Positions 5,605 through 12,889 are shown, counted from the first letter of the stretch. The stretch is DNA of 32,000 nucleotides from Candidatus Velamenicoccus archaeovorus (GCF_004102945.1 NZ_CP019384.1:1620001-1652000), one strand, 5' to 3'. The notes: generated from the sequence alone by a model not told the origin. Translations and numbers: made by a program.

Positions 5605-8025
5605 TCACGCTTCTTTTGCCGAATTAATTTGTTTAAGGAAACAGGCGACGATGGAAGGGTCAAACTGACGGCTGGATTCCTTGGCAAGGGCGCTTGCTGT
5701 TTCTTTGCAACTCAAGGGCTTGACACGGTAGGGGCGCGGAGAGATCATCGCCTCATAGGCCTCGGCAACGGCGATCATCCGCGAGACGATCGGGATCATC
5801 CCCCCTTTGAGGCCGCGCGGATACCCCGAACCGTCAAAATGCTCATGGTGATCTAGGACATCCTCTCTAAGGGCCGCCAGGAAAGCGACATCGCCGATGA
5901 GGTCTATGCTGAAAAAAGGATGCCGCCGCACCAGCGCTTTTTCCTGGTCGCTCAGCAAGGATTTGCGCAGAACATCCCTGGGGAGACTCAAAAAACCAAG
6001 GTTGCACAATAACGCTGCGCGCCTCGCACGAGACGCATCCTCTTGCGGCAACGCCATCTCCAGACACAGACCTTCCACATCCTTGACGATACGATCCGTA
6101 TAACCAGGCTCATAGCCGAGGATTTCATCGGTCTTGCGCATCAAAGGCCTGAAGGATTCCAGCAGGGCCTCTTCATTTCTCAAATTCACATACCGCAGTC
6201 GTTGTTTCATCTTCACGAAAAGGTTTTCCTCGGGGGCATGGACAGGATCCTGCGTCTTTGCTATCCCTGCTTCTTCTTTATGGAAAATCGTGATGCGATT
6301 GCGGCCGGCGGCCTTGCTTCGATACATCGCCTGGTCGGCGGCATTCAAAAGGGCCACGGGATCTAAAACATTCACCTCCGGATAAGAGGCGATCCCCATG
6401 CTGATGGTGATGGTCACACGGCGCTCCTTGTTGCCGAGAGGTTTCTGTTTCAGCGCCGCGGCGATCTTACGGGCCGTGGCGAGAGCCCCGAAGCTGTCCG
6501 TATCGGGACAGAAGACGACAAACTCTTCTCCCCCGGAACGCACCACGATGTCCGTCGCGCGTACGCTGATCCTCAGAAGATCTGCGAAGCCTTTAAGGAC
6601 CGTATCTCCGAACAAGTGACCGTAGGCGTCGTTGACAGCCTTAAAGAAATCCAGATCGATCATGATGACGGCGAACGACCGCCAATAACGGCGGGCGCGA
6701 TGAACCTCCTCGTGGAGCCTTTCTTGAAGATAGCGATAATTATACACACCCGTCTGCACGTCCTTGAGCGCATTTTCCACCAGCGAGGCATTGAGCGCCC
6801 GCAGCGTCAGGTTGGCATCCCGCAACTTGATGGATGCCGTCTTGGCCTCCGTGATATCCGAAATGAACACAAGGGTGTGAGGCGGCTGCGTACCGAAGAC
6901 AAGAGGAATGCTGGATGCCAGGGCATAAAGATAATGGCCGTCTTTCTTGACGAAAATAATCTCCTGGGCCCTGCGGATCAGCTTGACGGAAGGAAGATGT
7001 CTGTGTTCCTCGGGCAGAATAAAATCATAAAGGCTCCGATCCACCATCTCCGATTCAAGATACCCCATCAAATCCGAGAAGCTTCTGTTGACGAACTGGA
7101 TCGAATTGTCCGTGCGCAATTCCACGATGCCTTCCACCGCATGCTCCATGATGGTGTGTATCTTTTTGTAATAGTACTCGAGCATCTCCTCCGACTTTTT
7201 CCTCCGGGTGATGTCGCGGAATATCTCCACGCGGCCGCCATTAAGTTCGCCGTGGGTGATGGGATAACTCCAGTGCTCCATATAGTCGATGTCCGGACTG
7301 CCCGGCCTTTTCATCTGGTACTCGACATTCTCCACGGCGGTGTTGGCCTCGTAGGCCGAAAGGATACCCTGCAAAAAAAGGTCATGATCCAGGATCAAGT
7401 CTTTAAAGTTCTCCCGGAAAATCCTGCGTATGTCCTCGCCGACCGCCCCTCTCTTATCGAGGCCAAAATACGTGCCGACGCTTGAAGAGACCCAGTGCAC
7501 CCGGAAACTCCTATCGAGGATCATGATGATGTAATCCAGCGTATCGATACCGTCTTCAAGCATCGATTCGTATTTTTTCTCAAGCCTCTGGACTTCCAAG
7601 AGCTTGGTCCTATCCTTGAAAACGGCCTTGGCGCCGCAGTAACGCCCCTGATTATCGCAGAATGCTATAGAGTTCATCTCGCCGGTGACCTTGCCGCCCC
7701 ACTTGGTCTTCAGGACAAAGTCCTGCATCCGCAGGCGGCCCGACTTCAGGAACTCCTTTGCCCTCTCCGCGAACGCCGCCCGGCTCTCCGGAGCGATGAT
7801 ATCGTACATATGCATGTCCAAACATTCTTTCTTGGTATACCCGAGCGAATCCGCCAACTGTCTGTTGACGTAAATAAATTTCCCCTCGCGGTCGACGATA
7901 CCCATCAGATCGCTGGATTCGTCCAACAGCGTGCGATACTTTTCGTCGATCAGCTGGTAGAGAAGCCGCGAAACCAACGGCAGGTCTTCATCTCCGGGAT
8001 TAAGGATCTTTTCTAAGTAATCCAT
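5605..8025 (-). CDS. Multi-PAS sensor, diguanylate cyclase (GGDEF, GGEEF active-site motif with RxxD I-site) fused to a degenerate HD-GYP domain
   Basis: 806 aa. PAS-like repeats in the N-terminal 400 aa. RATDIVVRSGGEEF (GGEEF at 6520..6534). C-terminal HHEHFDGSGYPRGL. The expected LHDIGK is LCNLGF (C674 N675 at 6001..6006). SD AAAGGAGAG lies before the ATG. Confidence 0.9.
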   Translation of the reverse strand: MDYLEKILNPGDEDLPLVSRLLYQLIDEKYRTLLDESSDLMGIVDREGKFIYVNRQLADSLGYTKKECLDMHMYDIIAPESRAAFAERAKEFLKSGRLRMQDFVLKTKWGGKVTGEMNSIAFCDNQGRYCGAKAVFKDRTKLLEVQRLEKKYESMLEDGIDTLDYIIMILDRSFRVHWVSSSVGTYFGLDKRGAVGEDIRRIFRENFKDLILDHDLFLQGILSAYEANTAVENVEYQMKRPGSPDIDYMEHWSYPITHGELNGGRVEIFRDITRRKKSEEMLEYYYKKIHTIMEHAVEGIVELRTDNSIQFVNRSFSDLMGYLESEMVDRSLYDFILPEEHRHLPSVKLIRRAQEIIFVKKDGHYLYALASSIPLVFGTQPPHTLVFISDITEAKTASIKLRDANLTLRALNASLVENALKDVQTGVYNYRYLQERLHEEVHRARRYWRSFAVIMIDLDFFKAVNDAYGHLFGDTVLKGFADLLRISVRATDIVVRSGGEEFVVFCPDTDSFGALATARKIAAALKQKPLGNKERRVTITISMGIASYPEVNVLDPVALLNAADQAMYRSKAAGRNRITIFHKEEAGIAKTQDPVHAPEENLFVKMKQRLRYVNLRNEEALLESFRPLMRKTDEILGYEPGYTDRIVKDVEGLCLEMALPQEDASRARRAALLCNLGFLSLPRDVLRKSLLSDQEKALVRRHPFFSIDLIGDVAFLAALREDVLDHHEHFDGSGYPRGLKGGMIPIVSRMIAVAEAYEAMISPRPYRVKPLSCKETASALAKESSRQFDPSIVACFLKQINSAKEA
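5623..5657. repeat. 35-nt perfect direct repeat, copy 2 (inside the 806-aa gene; encodes ...SIVACFLKQIN)
   Basis: Identical to 5552..5586. It lies 18 nt upstream of the real stop codon (5605..5607). Confidence 0.9.
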
Positions 8026-8144
8026 ATCTCTCCTTTGGCCTAAAGGAATCTAGTCCCTCCGCGAAGATGTTTTGGCCGCTTTTCCCCGGCCGGGCAATTC
8101 TGGCCGGCTGCACTCCCTGCTTGCCGGGGCCCTGGGCTCATGAA

Positions 8145-8177
8145 ACAAAAAAGGCCTCCGGGTTTCCCAGAGACCTT
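8145..8177 (-). terminator. Rho-independent terminator
   Basis: The minus strand reads AGGUCUCUGGG-AAA-CCCGGAGGCCU (11-bp stem, two G.U pairs that form only on this strand) followed by UUUUUUG. Confidence 0.8.
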
Positions 8178-8242
8178 TTCTCAAGAATACGATACGGCAT
8201 ATAACACAACGTCATATATGCCACCTTTCTTCCTTCGGGAAG

Positions 8243-8271
8243 AATATAGCACAAAATAAGGCATTTGGCAA
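8243..8271 (-). promoter_or_regulatory. Sigma-70-type promoter with extended -10 (TTGCCA-N17-TGcTATATT)
   Basis: The minus strand reads TTGCCA AATGCCTTATTTTGTGC TATATT, starting 4 nt after the cbiO stop. It points at a roughly 90-nt hairpin/terminator unit. Confidence 0.4.
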
Positions 8272-8274
8272 AGG

Positions 8275-8988
8275 TCAGGAGAGAAGAAAAAATCCGTTGC
8301 TCTTGAGGAGTTGGTGGTCGGAAAGAATCTCGCGGGTAGGGCCGTAGGCGACGATGCGGCCTCCGCTCAGCAAGATGACCTGCCGAGTCAGGACCCGGAT
8401 CATCTCCAAGTCGTGGGAAGCGATCAGCTTGGTCATTGAAACCCCCCTGAGGATCTCCATCAGCTGCTGCCTGTGGCCGGGGTCAAGATTGCTGGTGGGC
8501 TCATCGAGAACCAAAAGCCGGGGGGCCATCGCCAGCACCGTCGCCACCGAAACCCTCTTCTTCTCGCCAAAGCTCAGATGATGCGACGGCCGTTCAGCGC
8601 TCGCCTCCATATCCACGGCCCCGAGCGTCCGGTGCACGCGCCGGCCGATCTCGTCCTGCGGCAGGCCCATATTCAACGGACCAAAGGCAACATCATCAAA
8701 GACGGTCGGCATAAAAAGCTGCGTATCGGGATCTTGAAAGACAAGCCCTACATCCCGCCGCACGCGGGCAAGGGTCTCGTCACATATCTCGCGGGAAAAG
8801 ACCTTGATCTTTCCCTCGCCGCGCAGAATACCGTTAAGATGCAACAGCAAAGTCGTCTTGCCGGCGCCGTTAGGCCCAATCAGACCGACAGAATCGTCTT
8901 CGGAAATAGCAACCGACAGGTCTTTCAATACTTGCGTGCCGTCAGGATAGCTAAAATAAAGATGCTCTATTTCCACGGCATAAGACAT
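8275..8988 (-). CDS. cbiO: ECF-type (cobalt/nickel) transporter ATP-binding protein
   Basis: Walker [19 protein letters not shown] (ECF-ATPase signature), [16 protein letters not shown]. The start is taken at [10 protein letters not shown] (ATG 8988) with GGAGG 5 nt upstream. The track start at 9048 overlaps cbiQ. Confidence 0.88.
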   Translation of the reverse strand: MSYAVEIEHLYFSYPDGTQVLKDLSVAISEDDSVGLIGPNGAGKTTLLLHLNGILRGEGKIKVFSREICDETLARVRRDVGLVFQDPDTQLFMPTVFDDVAFGPLNMGLPQDEIGRRVHRTLGAVDMEASAERPSHHLSFGEKKRVSVATVLAMAPRLLVLDEPTSNLDPGHRQQLMEILRGVSMTKLIASHDLEMIRVLTRQVILLSGGRIVAYGPTREILSDHQLLKSNGFFLLS

Positions 8989-9701
8989 AATGCCTCCAGG
9001 CTGCCCATGATCAAAATGGAGATTACAAGGAAGGCCCCATCCGCCCATGCGGCCGTGCGCGCAAACCCCGGATAGGCCAAAACACGGACGGTGCCGTCAT
9101 AGCCACGCGCACACATGGCCAGATACACCCTTTCTCCTTTTTCGTAGGACCTGACAAACAAATGGCCGAGGATACTTGAAAAAATCTTCGCCTGGCGGCC
9201 TGGCGAAAGACGGCCGCCCACTGTCCGCGACAACTGGGCCTGGCGCATCTTCATGAACTCATCGAGGATAAGATAGATATAGCGGTACAAGAACGACAAC
9301 ATCCGGATCACGATCGAAGGGCACCGCATGGCTTCCAACGCCTTGAGCAACCGCGGGAACGGCGTCGTCGAAACCATCAGAAAAACCGCCACCATGGCCT
9401 CCACCGCTTTGATGACGGTCACGGCAAGCCCGCCGGATGCCGCACGCATGGACCACCCCGTCAAGAGCACGAAGGGCAACAGGGTCAGGATGCGGCCGGC
9501 GATCGGCCTCAGCGGCAGGTGCGAAAAAATAAAAACAACCGCCAAAAGGACACCGTAGAAAACAAGCCCCCGCATGCCGGTGGAGGGCTGCAAAAGCACA
9601 AGCAAGATAAAAAGACCGAAAACAAAAAGTTTCACGCGGGGATCGCGCCGGCACAAAAAAGAATCCGTGTGGGAATATGCGTCAATGAAATTATGATGCA
9701 T
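8967..9701 (-). CDS. cbiQ: ECF transporter transmembrane (T) component
   Basis: 244 aa polytopic membrane protein with the C-terminal ...YLAMCARGYDG motif (Ala-Arg-Gly coupling motif of EcfT/CbiQ). It is adjacent to cbiO. Confidence 0.8.
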   Translation of the reverse strand: MHHNFIDAYSHTDSFLCRRDPRVKLFVFGLFILLVLLQPSTGMRGLVFYGVLLAVVFIFSHLPLRPIAGRILTLLPFVLLTGWSMRAASGGLAVTVIKAVEAMVAVFLMVSTTPFPRLLKALEAMRCPSIVIRMLSFLYRYIYLILDEFMKMRQAQLSRTVGGRLSPGRQAKIFSSILGHLFVRSYEKGERVYLAMCARGYDGTVRVLAYPGFARTAAWADGAFLVISILIMGSLEALCLMPWK

Positions 9702-9771
9702 GGACAGGCCCTTCCGGGATCAGGAAAACCGACGGCTCCTCACGCGCACCTTGTACGCCAGCGGCAGGATT

Positions 9772-10188
9772 CTAGAGGATTTTGCTGCCTGTCGTCGCCA
9801 TACTTAAAGACGTATGTTTGATACCCTTGAGCGCCTGGATCCGGTCATAAAGATCCTGGATACGCCTGGCGCGGCCGCGGACGACGATGATCTCCAAACA
9901 GTTATGATGGTCCAGATGGATATGCTGCGTGGAAACGATATGCTCCTGCGCACCGTGCTGGATCCCCAGAAGATTCTCCACCAGGTCCCGCCTGTGATGG
10001 TCATAAACGACCAGGAGCGCGCCGGCCACTCTTTCATTCGCCTGCCACTCCTGGGCCACAAAAACACCGCGGATCAAATCACGGATGGCCTCCGAACGGT
10101 TCTTGTATCCCTTGCGGCGCATGTAAGCGTCGAAGCGGCCCAAGAATTCCTCTTCCATCGATACGCCGAAACGCGACAATTTAGACAA
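9772..10188 (-). CDS. nikR: Nickel-responsive regulator NikR (RHH/CopG N-terminus plus ACT-like Ni-binding domain)
   Basis: LSRFGVSMEEEFLGRFDAYMRRKGYKNRSEAIRDLIR (RHH) and ...VVYDHHRRDLVENLLGIQHGAQEHIVSTQHIHLDHHNCLEIIVVRG (His-rich Ni site). The start is uncertain. I favour TTG 10188 (SD GGAAGGGGG upstream, 139 aa) over the track ATG 10263, which sits inside the promoter. Confidence 0.85.
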   Translation of the reverse strand: MSKLSRFGVSMEEEFLGRFDAYMRRKGYKNRSEAIRDLIRGVFVAQEWQANERVAGALLVVYDHHRRDLVENLLGIQHGAQEHIVSTQHIHLDHHNCLEIIVVRGRARRIQDLYDRIQALKGIKHTSLSMATTGSKIL

Positions 10189-10274
10189 AACTGCCCCCTT
10201 CCTGCCCAGCTGCCGGCCATCTAAAACCGGCCCAAAAGGACAAAAAATATCCTGGCGTGCCACTGATTATAAAA

Positions 10275-10302
10275 ATCATAACACGAAGAAGGTTTGTGTC
10301 AA
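10275..10302 (-). promoter_or_regulatory. Sigma-70-type promoter with extended -10 (TTGACA-N16-TGtTATGAT) upstream of nikR
   Basis: The minus strand reads TTGACA CAAACCTTCTTCGTGT TATGAT. A second TATAAT lies at 10266..10271. Confidence 0.45.
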
Positions 10303-10322
10303 AGGGATTTGGGAAAAGAATT

Positions 10323-10901
10323 TCAGGATAGCTTGAAGGACTCCAGGGTGTCCAGGAACAGGCTTTCCTGAGCAGCAAAATCAACGTCTGTATTCTTATA
10401 ACTCAGCACATAGATATCGTCGCCTTTTTCGAAATAATAGGTCTCTTCCTTGAGGAGGACATCTTTGGCGTTGACCTGGTAGATGGGCAGCCGCAGGACA
10501 TACGTCATGACACAGCGCAAGGCGTCGATCCCGAAAGGAAGTTTGACAGTGGAGCGGGACTCCAGCTTGAAGGACGACAGGCCATGGGCGGCTTGGACGG
10601 CGTGGTCCGCCAGGGCCTGGGCGCTCGCATAGACGCCCCCTTTGTCCTTTTTGGGATAGACCGTCAAGGTGATGGAAGGCCCGAAACCAAGGTCTTTGTT
10701 GCGTTCGCCGAAGACATGGACCTGGGTATAGGCTTCAGTCTTGCCTTTGGATTCCCGCAGGGTCCAGCCCTTGGGATAACGCAAGGTGCAGAAGGAAGAT
10801 TGGTAGGAGAAATCCTGATCCGCCATCGTGTCTCCTTGAAAAACGGCCGCCGCAACAACGGCGACGGTAAAGATCATGAAGCCAAAATGTTTTCGATCCA
10901 T
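10323..10901 (-). CDS. Signal-anchored/secreted small protein, partner copy 2 of the pilin-HExxH module
   Basis: 192 aa from ATG 10901 (MDRKHFGFMIFTVAVVAAAVFQ...). Residues SYQSSFCTLRYPKGW...YVLSYKN are identical to ORF 12288..12863. The track extension to 11189 reads through the family-1 repeat. Confidence 0.75.
   Translation of the reverse strand: MDRKHFGFMIFTVAVVAAAVFQGDTMADQDFSYQSSFCTLRYPKGWTLRESKGKTEAYTQVHVFGERNKDLGFGPSITLTVYPKKDKGGVYASAQALADHAVQAAHGLSSFKLESRSTVKLPFGIDALRCVMTYVLRLPIYQVNAKDVLLKEETYYFEKGDDIYVLSYKNTDVDFAAQESLFLDTLESFKLS
10391..10808. repeat. 418-bp direct repeat, copy 2 (reads as identical to 12356..12773)
   Basis: Base-by-base reading of the boundaries gives an offset of 1965 nt. 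Translations are identical in two different frames in the ORF track (the minus-strand proteins and plus-strand MGGLDGVVRQGLGARIDAPF...), which supports nucleotide identity. Confidence 0.9.
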
Positions 10902-11072
10902 AGACAGAGGGCCGAGAAGGCCAGCCCTTCGGGCCCGCCCCTGGCTTCCAGTCAGGGGCGGCCGTGGGGTGACGTCCCTGTCCCGCCATGGTTTTGTCTG
11001 CAAGACAAAGCCAATCCACGGGCATAGCCTCGCCCGCTCAAGCGGGCAGGGAATTCCGGCGCAGGGATTAAT
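10902..11072 (-). repeat. GC-rich multi-hairpin intergenic repeat, family 1, copy B
   Basis: It fills the whole gap between the stop of the 407-aa gene (TAA 11068..11070, inside GGGATTAAT) and ATG 10901. Hairpins: CCGCCCCTG/CAGGGGCGG, GGCTTTGTC/GACAAAACC, GCCCGC/GCGGGC. Confidence 0.85.
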
Positions 11073-12291
11073 ATTCCGGGAGATCCGGATAAGCCGTCCG
11101 GATGATCTCTTTTGCGCTCGCTTCATCCAAAGCAACCACAGAGGCCCACCCATCCTGATTGGCATCTGTATCGCCGTCCTTGATCTCATTCCAGACGGCG
11201 GCGCCGTTCAAAAAGGCATTGTACTCCTGATCGATGCTGTCCCCCAGATTCGTGCCGCGTTCCGGCTGGCCCTGGCTTGTATCGTTGGTCCACCAGGCAT
11301 GGGTCCCTTCGTGGGCCAGGATGGAAGTCTGAACGCCCTGGGACAATCCGAACTGCGAGAGATCCACGATGATCGTATTGAAATAAGAAGAGTACCATCC
11401 GACGGCATCGGAGACGCCTGTTCCAAAACCGATCTTGACATCATAAAGATCTATGATATCGGCGAGCGCGGAACCATTGCTGGATTCGTCGAGTTTCGTC
11501 AGGGCTTCGGCCGCCGCGACGGCATATACCGAATCCGCCGATGGTGTGCCAGAAAAAACGCCGGAAGAAACGACCGCCCCATCGTCGTAAACGGCATCTA
11601 CACGATAATAATAGGTGGAGCCGTTTGTCGTCCAGACGTCCGTGAACCAGGTCGCTGTCCACCCTTCCACGAAAAACTCATACGGCCCGCCGGGTGCCGT
11701 GGCGCGATAGATGTTATAACTGACAGGGGTCCCTGTGGCCGCCTCCCAACTCAGGCTCAAAAAGCTGTCATTGCCGATCGCTAGAGGCGTTTGTGGAAAA
11801 CTGCGGCCCACGCCTTCTGCGCCGCCGCCGCTTCCAGGAAAGCTTCCGCCCGCCCCAGCATCACTGCCGCCCCCTGATCCGCCTGTCGCCCCTATGCCTC
11901 CCCCTGTCCCTGCACCGCCGCCGCCCCCGCCTCCTCCTGTCCCGCCGCCGCTGCTACTGCCGCTGCCAAAACCGCCGGGACCGCTGAATCCCCCCGAAGA
12001 ACCTCCACTATTGCCGGCAAAACCGCCGCCGGATGCAGCGCCGGTCTCATCGTCAAACATATTCAAGGGCTGACCGACATCTTCGGCAATCAGACCGCCG
12101 GAATCGTTCATTTTCGTTCCGGCGTCGGCATACATTTTTGTCACGGAGGGCTTAAAGATGTGGAAGGCTGAAAAAACGACCGTTATCGCAAGGACCGTAA
12201 ACATGAGGACGAACTCAAGGACCCCTTGTCCCCGGCGCCCCCTCAAAAACCTCTCGACCTCTCTCGCCTTGCTGGCAGGTGAATTCATCAC
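11068..12291 (-). CDS. Modular pilin-like protein: class-III/Tad-like signal (RRG-QGVLEF), Gly-rich linker, FN3-like domain, C-terminal HExxH domain
   Basis: 407 aa. G21/Q22...E26 (+5 Glu) followed by a hydrophobic helix. Gly-rich region about aa 85-160. YNIYRATAPGGPYEF...GSTYYYRVDAVY (FN3 pattern). ILAHEGTHAWW (HEGTH at 11299..11313) with a downstream DQEYNAF. Confidence 0.7.
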   Translation of the reverse strand: MMNSPASKAREVERFLRGRRGQGVLEFVLMFTVLAITVVFSAFHIFKPSVTKMYADAGTKMNDSGGLIAEDVGQPLNMFDDETGAASGGGFAGNSGGSSGGFSGPGGFGSGSSSGGGTGGGGGGGGAGTGGGIGATGGSGGGSDAGAGGSFPGSGGGAEGVGRSFPQTPLAIGNDSFLSLSWEAATGTPVSYNIYRATAPGGPYEFFVEGWTATWFTDVWTTNGSTYYYRVDAVYDDGAVVSSGVFSGTPSADSVYAVAAAEALTKLDESSNGSALADIIDLYDVKIGFGTGVSDAVGWYSSYFNTIIVDLSQFGLSQGVQTSILAHEGTHAWWTNDTSQGQPERGTNLGDSIDQEYNAFLNGAAVWNEIKDGDTDANQDGWASVVALDEASAKEIIRTAYPDLPEY

Positions 12292-12863
12292 TTGATCCTT
12301 ATGGATTTTTTGATCATGCGGAATGAGGCAAGGTTGGGAGTAAAATCCTTCGCGATATTCTTATAACTCAGCACATAGATATCGTCGCCTTTTTCGAAAT
12401 AATAGGTCTCTTCCTTGAGGAGGACATCTTTGGCGTTGACCTGGTAGATGGGCAGCCGCAGGACATACGTCATGACACAGCGCAAGGCGTCGATCCCGAA
12501 AGGAAGTTTGACAGTGGAGCGGGACTCCAGCTTGAAGGACGACAGGCCATGGGCGGCTTGGACGGCGTGGTCCGCCAGGGCCTGGGCGCTCGCATAGACG
12601 CCCCCTTTGTCCTTTTTGGGATAGACCGTCAAGGTGATGGAAGGCCCGAAACCAAGGTCTTTGTTGCGTTCGCCGAAGACATGGACCTGGGTATAGGCTT
12701 CAGTCTTGCCTTTGGATTCCCGCAGGGTCCAGCCCTTGGGATAACGCAAGGTGCAGAAGGAAGATTGGTAGGACACGCCTTCCATCCGCGGCAAAAACAA
12801 AATCACAAGAAGAACTCCGCAAACTAAAAAAAATAACACAACGGCTATACTCTTCAGCTTCAT
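12288..12863 (-). CDS. Signal-anchored small protein, partner copy 1 of the pilin-HExxH module
   Basis: 191 aa. N-terminal TM/signal MKLKSIAVVLFFLVCGVLLVILFL. SD GGAGGAGG lies before the ATG. Its stop overlaps the start of the 407-aa gene. The YPKGW...-type beta-rich body is reminiscent of PsbP/DUF1795-like folds (unverified). Confidence 0.75.
   Translation of the reverse strand: MKLKSIAVVLFFLVCGVLLVILFLPRMEGVSYQSSFCTLRYPKGWTLRESKGKTEAYTQVHVFGERNKDLGFGPSITLTVYPKKDKGGVYASAQALADHAVQAAHGLSSFKLESRSTVKLPFGIDALRCVMTYVLRLPIYQVNAKDVLLKEETYYFEKGDDIYVLSYKNIAKDFTPNLASFRMIKKSIRIK
12356..12773. repeat. 418-bp direct repeat, copy 1 (reads as identical to 10391..10808)
   Basis: See 10391..10808. Confidence 0.9.
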
Positions 12864-12889
12864 TCAAGACCTCCTCCTGTGCCCCAGGA

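Noticed and set aside
5247-5668. Cluster of 60-120-aa ORFs on both strands in the 4930..5604 intergenic region.
   Set aside because: They run through the family-1 repeat and the 35-nt duplication. Similar 'peptides' (…WIGFVLQTKPWR…) appear wherever the repeat occurs, including in non-coding contexts.
8085-8110. Sigma-54 promoter-like GGCCAGAATTGCC upstream of the GGDEF gene.
   Set aside because: The GG-to-GC spacing is two nucleotides shorter than the TGGCAC-N5-TTGC consensus.
8026-8274. c-di-GMP riboswitch (GEMM-I/II) upstream of the GGDEF/HD-GYP gene.
   Set aside because: The genomic context is suggestive. However, I could not find the conserved GEMM features, such as the GNRA tetraloop/receptor pair or ACGCAAAGC-type motifs. 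It is left as an unclassified leader or sRNA candidate.
10264-10322. NikR operator palindrome upstream of nikR.
   Set aside because: Only a weak TTAT...ATAA symmetry is present around 10266..10280. It does not match the GTATGA-N16-TCATAC or TATWATT-N11-AATWATA type boxes well enough to call.
10902-11189. N-terminal 96-aa extension of ORF 10323..11189.
   Set aside because: The extension reads through the family-1 repeat and overlaps the end of the 407-aa gene. The paralogue starts at the equivalent of ATG 10901 with a signal/TM segment.
11735-12073. Pro-rich plus-strand ORFs (11735..12073, 11793..11987, 13623..13817, 13696..13890) and the alternative-frame minus-strand ORF 13456..14262.
   Set aside because: They are the reverse complement or frame shifts of the Gly/Ser-rich linker coding tracts of the two pilin-like genes. 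They are low-complexity artefacts.
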